The position numbers and the translations under genes were made by a program. A DNA stretch of 63,966 bases, filler included, from Actinomycetota bacterium (GTDB taxonomy: Bacteria > Actinomycetota > CADDZG01 > JAHWKV01 > JAOPZY01): the NCBI GenBank assembly GCA_025963875.1. It is 6 parts of 6 records of this genome, joined end to end, with 100 filler letters (N's around TTAATTAATTAA, not from the genome) between each part and the next. Parts side by side here need not be neighbours in the genome. Positions count along the whole stretch, not along the records: positions 43,485 to 52,334 come from JAOPZY010000074.1; positions 52,435 to 61,360 come from JAOPZY010000164.1; 4 more parts are not named here. One strand, given 5' to 3'. Shown one piece after another: positions 43,532-57,295 of the stretch (position 1 is the first letter of the stretch; each line of letters starts with the position of its first letter). The notes under the pieces were generated by a model. The model was not told where the DNA came from, searched no databases, and was given only the letters and a program-made list of their open reading frames with translations.

Positions 43532-44803
43532 ATGCCGGAGCGGAGGACAGCAGCAGCGGTGGGGCGGCTCGCGGTGAGCCTGCTGCTCCTCACCATCACA
43601 GTGGCCTGCACCTCGTCCCAGGCCGCGACGGGCAATACCGTCACCTTCTACATCTTCAACGAGCCGGGTGGCTCCTTCGTGCGCGCGGCCGACACCTGCA
43701 CCAAGGCATCCCAGGGCCGCTACAACGTCCAACTGGCCCTGCTGCCGTCGGGCGCCGACGGCCAGCGCCAGCAGCTCGTCCGGCGGCTCGCCGCCCACGA
43801 CCCCAGCATCGACATCCTGGGCATGGACGTGGTGTGGGCGCCGGAGTTCGCGGAGGCGGGCTGGATCAAGCCCGTCCCCGACGATATCAAGGCACAGGTG
43901 ACCAGCGACGGCACCCTGCCCGCTGCCCTCAAGACCGCCACCTGGAAGGACACCCTCTACGCGCTGCCCTACAACTCGAACACGCAGCTCCTCTGGTACC
44001 GCAAGGACCTCGTTCCGACGCCGCCGGCGACCTGGGACCAGATGATCAGCGAGGCAGTGGCCCTGCGCCAGCAGGGCAAGCCGGGACTGATCGAGGTGCA
44101 GGGGGCGCAGTACGAGGGCCTGACGGTGTGGTTCAACAGCCTCGTGGCATCCGCCGGCGGCAGGATTCTCGACGACAACGGCAACGTGGCGGTCGACGAC
44201 ACGAGCCGGGTGGCGGCCGACATCATGCACCGCCTCGCCACCTCGCCCGCCGCCGACCCGTCGCTCTCCAACACGATGGAGGACCAGGGCCGCCTGGCGT
44301 TCGAGTCGGGCAAGGCGGCGTTCGAGGTGAACTACCCGTTCGTGTATCCCTCCGCGGTGAAGGACAATCCGGCCCTGGCCAGAGTCATGGCCTGGGCACC
44401 CTGGCCGTCGGTGACCCCGAACACGCCCAGCCACGTCACCATCGGCGGGATCAACCTCGGCGTCAGTGCCTACTCCCGGCACGCGGACCTCGCCTTCCAG
44501 GCGGCCGCCTGCCTGCGGGACGCCGACAACCAGAAGTACGCGGCCGTCAAGGGCGGCCTGCCCCCCACGATCGAGTCGCTCTACGGCGATCCGACGCTGC
44601 GCCAGTCCTATCCGTTCGCCGACGCCATCCTGGAGTCGCTCCGCAACGCGAGCACCCGCCCCCTCACCCCCGCCTACACCAACGTCTCGCTCGAGATCCA
44701 GAGCCTGCTGTCGCCGCCGAGCCACATCGACCCGCTCAAGGTCCCACCCCAGCTGCGCACCCGGCTGCGCGACGCCATCGCCTCCCGGGGGCTGGTGCCC
44801 TAG
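43532..44803 (+). CDS. Sugar ABC transporter substrate-binding lipoprotein (LpqY-like)
   Basis: Lipobox TVAC, MDVVWAPEFA, QLLWYRKDL, QYEGLTVWFNSL. Confidence 0.88.
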   Translation: MPERRTAAAVGRLAVSLLLLTITVACTSSQAATGNTVTFYIFNEPGGSFVRAADTCTKASQGRYNVQLALLPSGADGQRQQLVRRLAAHDPSIDILGMDVVWAPEFAEAGWIKPVPDDIKAQVTSDGTLPAALKTATWKDTLYALPYNSNTQLLWYRKDLVPTPPATWDQMISEAVALRQQGKPGLIEVQGAQYEGLTVWFNSLVASAGGRILDDNGNVAVDDTSRVAADIMHRLATSPAADPSLSNTMEDQGRLAFESGKAAFEVNYPFVYPSAVKDNPALARVMAWAPWPSVTPNTPSHVTIGGINLGVSAYSRHADLAFQAAACLRDADNQKYAAVKGGLPPTIESLYGDPTLRQSYPFADAILESLRNASTRPLTPAYTNVSLEIQSLLSPPSHIDPLKVPPQLRTRLRDAIASRGLVP

Positions 44804-45738
44804 TGGCCGCCGGGACGGACGTCCTCAACCCGCCAGCCCCGGCCCGCCGGCGCGGGAAGGCGACGCGCCGGGCCAGGGACGAGCGCCGGCTGGCCTACAT
44901 GCTGTGCGCCCCGGCGGTCGTCGTGATGCTGGCGGTCACCGCGTACCCCATCCTCTACGCCGTCTGGCTCTCGTTGCGGCGGGCCGACCTGCGGTTCCCC
45001 GCCCAGTCGGCCTTCGTCGGCCTGGCCAACTACGTCACGGTGCTGCGGTCGGGGCTGTGGTGGCAGGCGGTGGCCAACACCGTGATCATCACCGTCGTCA
45101 GCGTCGCCATCGAGCTGGTCTTCGGCATGGCGATCGCCCTCGTCATGCACCGGGCCCTCATCGGCCGGACGGCGGTGCGCACCGCCGTGCTGATCCCGTA
45201 CGGGATCATCACCGTCGTCGCGGCGTTCTCCTGGCGCTTCGCCTGGACGCCGAGCCTCGGCTACCTGCCCCGGTGGCTGCACCTCAACGGCGATCCGCTC
45301 ACCGCCCATGCCTCGTCGCTGGCGATCATCATCCTGGCGGAGGTCTGGAAGACCACCCCGTTCATGTCGCTGCTGCTGCTGGCCGGGCTCGCCCTGGTGT
45401 CCAACGAGCTCCTCGAGGCGGCCCGCGTGGACGGCGCCACGGCATGGCAGCGCTTCACGAATGTGATCCTGCCGGTGATGAAGCCGGCCATCCTGGTCGC
45501 CGTGCTGTTCCGGGTCATGGACGCCTTCCGGATCTTCGACAACATCTTCATCCTCACCCAGGGATCGAACTCCACCCAGTCGGTATCGATCCTGGGGTAC
45601 GACCAGCTCTTCGTCGGCCTCAACCTCGGGATCGGCTCGGCGATGTCGGTGCTGATCTTCGTCATGATCGCCATCATCGGGTTCGGGTTCATCAAAGGCT
45701 TCGGCGCTGCCGCGCCGGGGATGGACACGGAGAGGTGA
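44803..45738 (+). CDS. Sugar ABC transporter permease (SugA-like)
   Basis: [16 protein letters not shown] (EAA loop). Confidence 0.92.
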   Translation: MAAGTDVLNPPAPARRRGKATRRARDERRLAYMLCAPAVVVMLAVTAYPILYAVWLSLRRADLRFPAQSAFVGLANYVTVLRSGLWWQAVANTVIITVVSVAIELVFGMAIALVMHRALIGRTAVRTAVLIPYGIITVVAAFSWRFAWTPSLGYLPRWLHLNGDPLTAHASSLAIIILAEVWKTTPFMSLLLLAGLALVSNELLEAARVDGATAWQRFTNVILPVMKPAILVAVLFRVMDAFRIFDNIFILTQGSNSTQSVSILGYDQLFVGLNLGIGSAMSVLIFVMIAIIGFGFIKGFGAAAPGMDTER

Positions 45739-45745
45739 ACGCCCG

Positions 45746-46576
45746 GTGAGCGTCTCGGGCGAGAAGCGGGCCCTCTGGGGCCTGACGGACATCGTTGTCA
45801 TCGCGCTCGCGTTGGTGCCGGTGGTTTGGATCGTCTCGCTGTCGCTGAAGACGCCGGCCACGCTCACCGACGGGGCCTTTTTCCCCCAGCACCCCAGCTT
45901 CATCAACTACCGGGGCATCTTCCACACCACCCTGTTCACCCGGTCCTTCCTGAACTCCATCGGCATCGCCGTCATCACGACCGTCGTGTCGGTGATCCTG
46001 GCGGCGATGGCGGCCTACGCCGTGGCCCGGCTGGACTTCAGGGGGAAGCAGCTGCTGGTCGGGGCCTCGCTGGTCGTGGCGATCTTCCCGCTGATCTCGC
46101 TGGTGAGCCCGATCTTCAAGCTCTGGCTGCGGCTCCATCTCTACGACACCTGGCCGGGGCTGATCCTCCCCTACCTCACCTTCTCGCTGCCGCTCGCGAT
46201 CTACACCCTCTCGGCGTTCTTCCGGGAGATCCCGTGGGAGCTGGAGCAGGCAGCCCAGATGGACGGGGCCACCCCCTTCCAGGCATTCGTGCGCGTGATC
46301 GCACCGCTGGCGGCCCCTGGAGTGTTCACCACCGCCATCCTCGTCTTCATCTTCGCCTGGAACGAGTTCCTCTTCGCCATCTCGCTCACGTCCACCGACG
46401 CCGCCCGAACCGTGCCGGCGGCGCTGGCGTTCTTCACCGGCAGCTCGCAGTTCGAGCAGCCGACGGGTTCCATCGCTGCCGCGGCGGTCGTGGTGACGAT
46501 CCCCATCGTCCTGCTCGTGCTCGTCTTCCAGCGCAGAATTGTCGCAGGGCTCACCGCCGGAGCCGTCAAGGGGTAG
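45746..46576 (+). CDS. Sugar ABC transporter permease (SugB-like)
   Basis: [23 protein letters not shown]. Confidence 0.92.
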   Translation: MSVSGEKRALWGLTDIVVIALALVPVVWIVSLSLKTPATLTDGAFFPQHPSFINYRGIFHTTLFTRSFLNSIGIAVITTVVSVILAAMAAYAVARLDFRGKQLLVGASLVVAIFPLISLVSPIFKLWLRLHLYDTWPGLILPYLTFSLPLAIYTLSAFFREIPWELEQAAQMDGATPFQAFVRVIAPLAAPGVFTTAILVFIFAWNEFLFAISLTSTDAARTVPAALAFFTGSSQFEQPTGSIAAAAVVVTIPIVLLVLVFQRRIVAGLTAGAVKG

Positions 46577-46600
46577 GGAAGTGAGAAAAAGGGAGGATAC

Positions 46601-47761
46601 GTGGCCGAGATCACCCTGAGAGGCGTCACGAAACGCTACGCGGACGGCACGGTGGCCGTCCGGAACTTCACGCTCGACATCGCCGACGGGGAGTTCATGA
46701 TCTTCGTCGGCCCCTCCGGCTGCGGGAAGTCGACGGCGCTGCGGATGATCGCCGGGCTCGAGGACATCAGCGAGGGCGAGCTCCGCATCGGGGACGAGGT
46801 CGTGAACGACAAGCCGCCCCGCGAGCGGGACATCGCCATGGTGTTCCAGAACTATGCCCTGTACCCCCACATGACGGTGCGGGAGAACATGGAGTTCCCG
46901 CTCCGCCTCGCCAAGGTCGATCCTGCCGAGATAGAGAAACGGGTGATGGACGCGGCCAAGGTCCTCGACCTCACCGAGCACCTGGACCGCAAGCCGGCCA
47001 ACCTCTCCGGGGGCCAGCGCCAGCGGGTGGCCATGGGGAGGGCCATCGTGCGCCAGCCCAAGGCTTTCCTCATGGACGAGCCGCTCTCCAACCTCGACGC
47101 CCAGCTCCGCATCGCCATGCGGACCGAGGTCGCACGGCTCCAGCGCGGGCTCGGCACGACGATGGTCTACGTCACCCACGACCAGGTGGAGGCCATGACC
47201 CTCGGCGACCGCGTGACCGTGATGCGCAAGGGCCTGATCCAGCAGGTGGACACACCGGCGAACCTCTATGCCAAGCCCGTCAACCTCTTCGTCGCGGGCT
47301 TCATCGGCTCACCGTCGATGAACTTCGCCCCCGCCGACTGGGACGCCGGCAGGCTTCACACCGTCTTCGGCGACATCGAGCCGCCACCTGCCCTGGCAGA
47401 GCGACTGAGCGACGCTCCACCCAAGCTGATCGCGGGCATCCGGCCGGAGCACTTCGAGGACGCCGAGCGGCGGGAGCACACCACGGGGGGCGTCACCTTC
47501 AAGGCCAACGTCGAGCTGGTCGAGTCGCTCGGCTCGGAGGTCTACGTGTACTTCACCATCGGCGACCACAAGGGCGCCGAGCTCGACAAGGTTGCGGAGA
47601 AGACAGGCCTCGACGAGCTCCCGCACGCAGCAACCGAGCAGATGGTCGCCCGCCTCGACCCGGAAACCAAGGCCCGCCGGGGCGAGGTCCTACAGCTGTG
47701 GTTCGATCCCGCCCGGATCCACCTCTTCGACGCCGAGACCGGGCGAAGCCTCACGTCGTGA
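46601..47761 (+). CDS. Sugar ABC transporter ATPase (SugC/MalK-like)
   Basis: Motifs GPSGCGKS, LSGGQRQR, MDEPLSNLD. Confidence 0.95.
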   Translation: MAEITLRGVTKRYADGTVAVRNFTLDIADGEFMIFVGPSGCGKSTALRMIAGLEDISEGELRIGDEVVNDKPPRERDIAMVFQNYALYPHMTVRENMEFPLRLAKVDPAEIEKRVMDAAKVLDLTEHLDRKPANLSGGQRQRVAMGRAIVRQPKAFLMDEPLSNLDAQLRIAMRTEVARLQRGLGTTMVYVTHDQVEAMTLGDRVTVMRKGLIQQVDTPANLYAKPVNLFVAGFIGSPSMNFAPADWDAGRLHTVFGDIEPPPALAERLSDAPPKLIAGIRPEHFEDAERREHTTGGVTFKANVELVESLGSEVYVYFTIGDHKGAELDKVAEKTGLDELPHAATEQMVARLDPETKARRGEVLQLWFDPARIHLFDAETGRSLTS

Positions 47762-48254
47762 GAGAGACGGGGCCGGCAGGCCCCTGCGAGCCCTGGCCCG
47801 CAGTCCAGAGGTAGCGAACATCCGGGGCGTGCTCCTCGTTGCCCGAGCCATCCGTCTGCTCTACTGCGACGAAGCCATGGCGCTCGTAGAACCGGCAGGC
47901 CGCTGCGTTGGAGACGAAGGCCCAGAGCTGTAGTCCGTCCGGAGAAAGGCCCTTCGCCAACTCGACGAGGCGAGCCCCGATGCCCCGGCCGGTCCACTCG
48001 GCCTCGAGGTAGAGGTGCTCGAGCCAGCCCTCATGCAGGACCATTACACCCACGACGCGGCCATCTTCCGATTCGGCAAGCCATACGTCGCTGTTGACGA
48101 AGACAACGTCTGAGAAGTAGCGCAGCATGTCGCCGTCCGTGTGTGCCGGCGACGGGATCGCCGGAGCCGACTGGTGGCGAGCCCGGACCCACAACTCCGC
48201 CGCCGCCGCCACATCCGAGGAAACCGCCCGGCGGAGACTCACTTCCATCCGCAT
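47751..48254 (-). CDS. GNAT acetyltransferase
   Basis: Motifs HLYL, GRGIG, N..ACRFYERHGF. Confidence 0.88.
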   Translation of the reverse strand: MRMEVSLRRAVSSDVAAAAELWVRARHQSAPAIPSPAHTDGDMLRYFSDVVFVNSDVWLAESEDGRVVGVMVLHEGWLEHLYLEAEWTGRGIGARLVELAKGLSPDGLQLWAFVSNAAACRFYERHGFVAVEQTDGSGNEEHAPDVRYLWTAGQGSQGPAGPVSLTT

Positions 48255-48309
48255 GGTGCAGAGTTTCCCCCCTCTGCAACCAACGCGACTTGTCGGACGT
48301 CGGTCAGGT

Positions 48310-48780
48310 GTGCAGATTGGAGCAGTGCAGCGACAGGTAGGAGATCTCAGCGAGTTGTACCGGGAACGGTACGCGCCGATGGTCCGTCTGGGCACCCTGC
48401 TCCTCGGCTCGCAGCACCTGGCAGAGGAGATCGTCCAGGACTGCTTTCTCCGGCTCCAGCCCCGCTTCGAGACCGTCGACGACCCGGCGGGCTACCTTCA
48501 CCGGTCGGTGGTCAACGGCTGCCGTTCGCTGATGCGCCGCCAGCGCCGGGAGCGGGACCACCTCCGGGCCACGCCCGGCCGGTCGGCGGAGTTGGGGGCC
48601 CATGAGCTCCTCGACGTCCTCGCCACCCTTCCCGAGCGCCAGCGGGCTGCCCTGGTCCTCCGGTTCTACGCCGACCTGCCCGGCAACGAGATCGCAACCA
48701 TCCTGGGCTGCCGCGAGGGCACCGTGAAGTCGCTCATTCACCGGGGGCTGGCCAAGCTCCGAGAGGCGGTCGGCGAGTGA
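48310..48780 (+). CDS. ECF sigma factor (SigE-like)
   Basis: Motifs AEEIVQD, LPERQRAALVLRF, GTVKS. Confidence 0.9.
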   Translation: MQIGAVQRQVGDLSELYRERYAPMVRLGTLLLGSQHLAEEIVQDCFLRLQPRFETVDDPAGYLHRSVVNGCRSLMRRQRRERDHLRATPGRSAELGAHELLDVLATLPERQRAALVLRFYADLPGNEIATILGCREGTVKSLIHRGLAKLREAVGE

Positions 48781-50018
48781 GGTCGGTGGAGGAGCGCCTC
48801 CGCCAGGCCCTTCAGGAGCGGGCCGACGGCGTGGTCCCCGACCAGCCGGCATGGGAGGATCTCCTGACCCGACCCGACCCAGGGCCCGCTGCCCGCGGGC
48901 AACGGCTCTGGCTTGCGGTGGCAACCGCTGCCGTCGTCCTGCTGGTCCCGCTCTTCGTCGTCGCCCGCCACATGAGCCGCACCTCCCACGTGAACGTGAA
49001 CGGCGGCCAGGGAGACGTTGGCCCGGCCGCCCCCACCGGCCCAGCCGTGGCCGGACCACCCGACGGATCGCTCGCCGCCGGGTTCAGCCCCGCTTCGATC
49101 ACCCGGATCTCGCTCAGGGTCGGGTGGGCGCTCGGCACGTCGCCCTGCGGGCCGGCCGTGTGCACGGCGCTGGCCCGTACCCGCGACGGCGGGGCGACGT
49201 GGCACTCGGTCCCCGTCCCCGCCCCCGTGCTGACGCCGAGCCCCAATGGCATCTCGCGCGTCCGCTTCGCCAACGCCAGCGACGGGTGGCTGTTCGGACC
49301 CCAGGTCTGGGCGACGCACGACGGCGGGGCGAACTGGCACCAGGTCACCCCCCTCGGCGGGCCCGTGACCAGCCTCGAGGCCGCCGGCGGTCGGGTGTGG
49401 GGTTTGGTGGGGTCCGCGGCGGGTGTCTCGGCCACGGTCTACGCGGCCCCGGTTGCCAGCGACGACTGGCAACCCGTGGGTTCCGGCGCGGCGGCCATCG
49501 GCATCAGCCTGCACGGCAAGGTGGGCTACGCCGCCACACCCGACGGGGCAGTGATCGCCCTTGGCCCGGCAGGCATCGAAGAGCGGGGCGCGCCCTGCGC
49601 GGCAGCCAGCGTCGCCGCCGTGGTTGCGGCGAGCGACAGCGACGTGGCAGTGGTGTGCGCCGCGGATCCTGCGGCGGGCTCGTCCACGAAGACCCTGCTC
49701 CTTTCCCACAACGGGGGCCGCACGTGGTCGACGGGCGGTGCCGCACCCCGAGGCGGACAGACCAGTGGGCTCTCGGCGGCATCGACCCACACCTTCGTCG
49801 TGGCCGCCACCAGCGGCGCGTCGTATCTCTACCGGACCGCCGACGGGGGCAGGACCTGGAAGACGGTCTTCACCGACAACGGCGGCGGTGCCCCCCTCAC
49901 GGACCTCGGGTTCACCGACCCCACCCACGGCGTTGCGGTACTCGGCCCCCCGAGTCCGAAGCTCCTCGTCTCCTCCGATGCCGGAGCTACCTGGAAGGCC
50001 CAGGCGTTCGGCCCCTGA
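48777..50018 (+). CDS. Membrane protein with extracellular BNR/Asp-box beta-propeller (probable anti-sigma factor)
   Basis: Short cytoplasmic N-terminus, one TM, repeated T/S-x-(D/N)GG-x-(T/N)W Asp boxes. Coupled to the ECF gene. Confidence 0.75.
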   Translation: MRSVEERLRQALQERADGVVPDQPAWEDLLTRPDPGPAARGQRLWLAVATAAVVLLVPLFVVARHMSRTSHVNVNGGQGDVGPAAPTGPAVAGPPDGSLAAGFSPASITRISLRVGWALGTSPCGPAVCTALARTRDGGATWHSVPVPAPVLTPSPNGISRVRFANASDGWLFGPQVWATHDGGANWHQVTPLGGPVTSLEAAGGRVWGLVGSAAGVSATVYAAPVASDDWQPVGSGAAAIGISLHGKVGYAATPDGAVIALGPAGIEERGAPCAAASVAAVVAASDSDVAVVCAADPAAGSSTKTLLLSHNGGRTWSTGGAAPRGGQTSGLSAASTHTFVVAATSGASYLYRTADGGRTWKTVFTDNGGGAPLTDLGFTDPTHGVAVLGPPSPKLLVSSDAGATWKAQAFGP

Positions 50019-50145
50019 CACTGGTCAGGAGGTGGCCCCGGACAGCCTCACGGGCCAATGGTGGTGGTAGCACGATTGTCCGGAAACCTCCGCCAAGGTT
50101 AGATCGAGACACGAAGGACGGACCTGACGGGGAGGAGGCCGGCGG

Positions 50146-50934
50146 ATGGCAACCGTGGATGACCTCATCAATGCGGAGCTCACGCAACTGGGATATACGG
50201 AGCAGCCGCCGGGCAGCAACCGGACCAAGTTCGGCGATGTCTTCTTTCCCGGGCAGCCGGCTGCCTGGTGCGCAGCCTTCCAAAGTTGGGCCCTGGATCA
50301 GATCGGCTTTCCGTGGCCGCCCGACGCCAGGTACCCGGGCAAGGGCGACCCCTCGGTCGGCTTCCTGAAGGTCCTGGCTCAGAAGCATGGGTGGTGGGTC
50401 GCTTCCGGCCCCCAGCGCGGCGACCTGGTTTGCTTCGAGTGGGAGGCAGACTCCTGGCCCGATCACATCGGGATCGTGGAGCACGTGCTCGATGGGGACA
50501 TGATCTCGACCATCGAGGGCAACTCGCCTGGGCCCGATCACACCGACGAGGTGGCCCAGCATCCCCGGCGGCTGGATGCGACCATCGCCGGCTTCATCCG
50601 GCTCCCTCTCGACGCCGTCCCCGCTCCCCCGGCGCCACCGCCGCAACCTCCCCAGCCTGTCCACCCAAGCGGGCACCCGGATCTCCCGGCCTGGATGGTC
50701 CTTTGCCAGCAGCCGCACGGCCGCCCGGGGGTCACGTGCCACGGTGACTTCGTCGGGGCCTACCAGCAACGCATGCGTGACCGTGGGTGGACCCTCGGGG
50801 AGGTGGATGGCATCTTCGGACCTCAGACCGACGGGGCCACGAGAAAGTTCCAGAAGGAGAAGTCCCTTACGGTCGACGCCGAGGTGGGCCCGATGACCTG
50901 GGGCACTGCGTTCCGTACGGACAACGTCACGTAA
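50146..50934 (+). CDS. CHAP-domain peptidoglycan hydrolase with C-terminal PG-binding domain
   Basis: AWCAAF, HIGIVE, IEGN, then VDGIFGPQT..FQ and VGPMTW. Confidence 0.85.
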   Translation: MATVDDLINAELTQLGYTEQPPGSNRTKFGDVFFPGQPAAWCAAFQSWALDQIGFPWPPDARYPGKGDPSVGFLKVLAQKHGWWVASGPQRGDLVCFEWEADSWPDHIGIVEHVLDGDMISTIEGNSPGPDHTDEVAQHPRRLDATIAGFIRLPLDAVPAPPAPPPQPPQPVHPSGHPDLPAWMVLCQQPHGRPGVTCHGDFVGAYQQRMRDRGWTLGEVDGIFGPQTDGATRKFQKEKSLTVDAEVGPMTWGTAFRTDNVT

Positions 50935-51120
50935 GAGCTTTTCTAGGCTTTCTTTGAGCATAAAACGACGTAGAGCGTCGATCTATACTCAAAGAATCTC
51001 CCCAGCGCTTCGGCGGATCGACGAGGCCGTCGGTCTCCCCGAGGCGTTTGAAATCTCTCGCTCCCCTTAAGCGCCCTGGCCCCCCTGCCGACGTGCCTAC
51101 AAAAGCACGTTCGTGCGCCC

Positions 51121-51783
51121 ATGGCGCCCTCGCTGCGGACGGGAGCCAACCGAGTGACTGAGGCAGCGGTAGCACCCCCCGGCGCCAGCATGGCTCCAGC
51201 CGACCCATGTGCCCCCTGCGGCCTGTGCTGTCACGCATACCTTGTGCCGGTGACCGGGCTTGACGTCTGGCGCATCAGCCGAGGCCTGGGAGCAAAGCCG
51301 ACGGACTTCCTGGCGGCCTGGCCCCAGGGGGATCCGAGTCCCGAGGGATTCATCCTGCAACACGGCGGATCGCCGTTTCGTCTGGTCCTGCAGAAAAGGG
51401 GATCGCTGACCCCGGGCCTGCCCTGCGTGTTCTTGGCACCTGCGGGCGCGGGCACGTCGCGCTGTGGCATCTATGCCCACCGCCCGGAGACGTGTCGCAC
51501 CTACCCGATGGTGAAACGCCCGGCGGGCGTGGTCGTGCACCCGGAGGCCATGTGCCCGGCGGATGCGTGGCCGGACGGGGGTTCGCCGAGTTCCCACTGG
51601 TTGCCCGCCATTGACTTGTTGGAGTCAGACCTGCAGACCTACCGCGGCGTGGTCGCCACCTGGAACCAGCAAGTCTGCGGCGACCGTTCGGGGGCTCGGT
51701 CTCTCGAAGAGTTCTGCCAGTTCGTGCTCGATTCCTACGATGCCGTGCGGCCGGACGGACGCCTCCCGGCGGAGGCCGATTGA
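51121..51783 (+). CDS. YkgJ-family cysteine-cluster protein (start uncertain)
   Basis: Motifs CxxCGLCC, CVFL, CGIYAHRPETCRTYP. Confidence 0.82.
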   Translation: MAPSLRTGANRVTEAAVAPPGASMAPADPCAPCGLCCHAYLVPVTGLDVWRISRGLGAKPTDFLAAWPQGDPSPEGFILQHGGSPFRLVLQKRGSLTPGLPCVFLAPAGAGTSRCGIYAHRPETCRTYPMVKRPAGVVVHPEAMCPADAWPDGGSPSSHWLPAIDLLESDLQTYRGVVATWNQQVCGDRSGARSLEEFCQFVLDSYDAVRPDGRLPAEAD

Positions 51784-51808
51784 ATTCAAGAACGGATAGT
51801 CTTCCCGG

Positions 51809-52066
51809 TCAGGACTCCGAGTGGCGCATGATCAGGGTGTTGCGCGGCCCTTCGTCCTTGTAGGTGCCCACCGCCCAGACCGTGTCCCCGAAGGCCGCGA
51901 CGCCGCCGAGCACGTTGTCGCCGATGCCCGGGCTCGGGGCAGGGTCGACGCTCCACTGCCCGCCAACGCCGTTGAGCACGAGGGTCCGCTGGGCCCCTGC
52001 GGCATTGTCGAAGAATGTCCCCACCGCCCAGACCTTGTCCCCGGACACCGTCACACCGTTCCTCAA
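51809..52066 (-). pseudogene. C-terminal fragment of a secreted beta-propeller repeat protein
   Basis: Two repeats (L.GV...VWAVG) with no credible N-terminus. Confidence 0.5.
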
Positions 52067-52315
52067 TGAAGGGGCACTTGGGACAAGCACTCCCCGGCCC
52101 GCCGAACGGTCTTGCGGACCTGGAATCCGCTGGTGGTCCGGTCGCCAGTCAGGGTCCCACGCCGCATCCGGCCGCCCTTGTGCCTTACGGGCCAACGGTT
52201 CCTGTGCGCGGTCCCGGGCGGATAGGTAGCTCTCTCCACCGGCCCCCCGGGAGCTACCCGGAGGGTTGCTTCGATCCTCTGGTCGGGTGCAGTCACACCC
52301 CCACCGCCCAGTACC

Positions 52316-52327
52316 GAACATATGTTC
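52316..52327. promoter_or_regulatory. LexA (SOS) box
   Basis: Perfect GAAC-ATAT-GTTC, matching the Gram-positive GAAC-N4-GTTC consensus. Confidence 0.65.
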
Positions 52328-52434
52328 TTGTACCNNNNNNNNNNNNNNNNNNNNNNNNNNNNNNNNNNNNNNNNNNNNTTAATTAATTAANNNNNNNNNN
52401 NNNNNNNNNNNNNNNNNNNNNNNNNNNNNNNNNN

Positions 52435-53378
52435 AGGCCCTTGCGGCTCGACTCGTTGCGGCCGCCGCTGATCCCCACGATGCGCTTCGCGTCGACAAGC
52501 TCCTTGACCTTCTCGAGCAACCGGTCGCCCGACACCATGTAGGGGAGCTTGGTGATGACGATGCGCTGGCCTCGCTTGGTCTCCTCGATCTCTGCGTGGC
52601 CCCGCACCCGGATGATGCCGCGGCCGGTCTCGTACGCGTCGCGGATACCCGATCGCCCGAGGATGTAGCCGCCGCCTGGAAAGTCCGGCCCCTTCACGAG
52701 CGCCAGCAACTCCTCGCTCGTGATCTCGGGGTTGTCCAGGACCGCCACAGCGGCATCGATGACCTCGCCGAGGTTGTGCGGCGGAATGTTGGTGGCCATG
52801 CCGACGGCGATGCCGGTCGACCCGTTGACGAGGAGGTTCGGGAAGCGGGCCGGCAGGACAAGGGGCTCGCGCTCGCTGCCGTCGTAGTTCGGCGTGAAGT
52901 CGACGGTGTCCTCTCTGATGTCGCGGAGCAACTCCATCGAGATGGGGCTGAGCCGGCACTCGGTGTACCTCATGGCCGCCGGGCGGTCGCCGTCGACTGT
53001 TCCGAAGTTGCCCTTGCCATCGACGAGGATGTGGCGCATCGCGAAGTCCTGCGCCATGCGAGCCAGGGCGTCGTAGATCGCCGTGTCACCGTGGGGGTGG
53101 TACTTGCCCATGACGTCGCCGACAACACGGGCGCACTTCAGGTAGGCCGAGCCGGGGCGGGCCCCCAACTCATCCATGCCCCAGAGAATGCGGCGGTGCA
53201 CTGGCTTCAGGCCGTCCCGGACGTCGGGCAGCGCCCGCCCGACGATGACGCTCATGGCGTAGTCGAGGTAGGACCGCTGGACCTCGTCCTCGATGTCGAC
53301 GGTGGTGATGCCGCCCTCCTCCCCTGAATTCAGGGGAGGCTGGACGGGGGGCTGCTCGGGGGTCTCTTCGTCTGGCAT
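52435..53378 (-). CDS. gyrA: DNA gyrase subunit A (3' truncated)
   Basis: Motifs [36 protein letters not shown]. Confidence 0.97.
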
Positions 53379-53398
53379 AGGGCTCGTGAAGTCTTTCT

Positions 53399-56167
<2,769 letters not shown>

Positions 56168-56175
<8 letters not shown>

Positions 56176-57292
56176 GGGCGAGCACCCGTCCCGCCTCGAC
56201 CGTGAGGGTCTGGGAGACCGCCATCGGCCACCCGGCGCCGCTCGTGGCGGTGGCGATCGTCTGTCCCGACGCGGCCACCATCTCCACCAGGTGACCCCGG
56301 CGGACTTCGTCGAGCTCGGAGAAGATGTCGTCGAGCAGCAGGATCGGGTCCTCGCCCCGGTTGGCAGCCACCAGGTCGCGTTCCGCCATCCGCAGGGAGA
56401 GCGCCAGGGTCCGCTGCTCGCCCTGCGAGGCGAACAGCCGGGCATCGGCGCCCTCGAGCAACACCTCGACGTCGTCGCGCTGCGGGCCGACCGTGCTCAC
56501 GCCGCGCTCGAGGTCCCTGCTGCGGGCCTTGGCGAGCGCATCGAACAGCGCCGCCCGCAGCCCTTCCTCCGAAGCCGCTGAAGCCGTGCCCGGCTCCAGC
56601 CACGAGGCCTTGTACTCGACGGACACCTCGCCGGCCTGGCCGGAGACCGACCGGTACCGACGGAGCACCTCCGGTCTCAGTCTGTCGAGCACCGCCAGCC
56701 GGTTGCGGACCACGACGGCCCCGGCCCGGGCGAACGACTCGTCCCACACGTCGAGCGTCGCCAAAGCTCGGTGGCTGGTGGAGGCTGCCTTGAGGAGCCC
56801 CGTTCGCTGGCGGAGCACCCGCTCGAACTCCTGGCGTTCCGTGGCACCGAGCGGCCGGACCCGGGCCGCCCCCTGGTCCAGCAACCGGCGACGCTCCTCA
56901 GGGCCGCCTTTGATGATCACGAGGTCGTCCGGCGAGAACGCCACCGCCACGAGCATCCCGGCGCTCGAGGAGGCACTCATCCGCTCCACGGCGACCCGGT
57001 TGACCAGGAGCCGGGTGCCCCCGGTGCGCTTCACCTCGGCGTCCACGCGCACGTCCCTCCCGCCGGCGCTACCCGTCCCCGACAACACCGCACGTTCAGC
57101 CCCCTGCCGCACCATCGCCTCCCCCGCCGCCCCCCGATGGGAGCCGAGACCGCTCAGGACGTTGATCGCCTCGAGCAGGTTCGTCTTCCCCTGGCCGTTC
57201 CGGCCCACCACAAGGTTCAATCCAGGCCTGAACTCGACAGCCGCATCCGCGTAGTTGCGGAAGTCCGTCAGGCGCAGGCTCCGAAGCTGCAA
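56168..57292 (-). CDS. recF: DNA repair protein RecF
   Basis: Motifs GRNGQGKTN, GPQRDD, SQGEQR, LLLDDIFSELD. Confidence 0.96.
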
Positions 57293-57295
57293 TCC

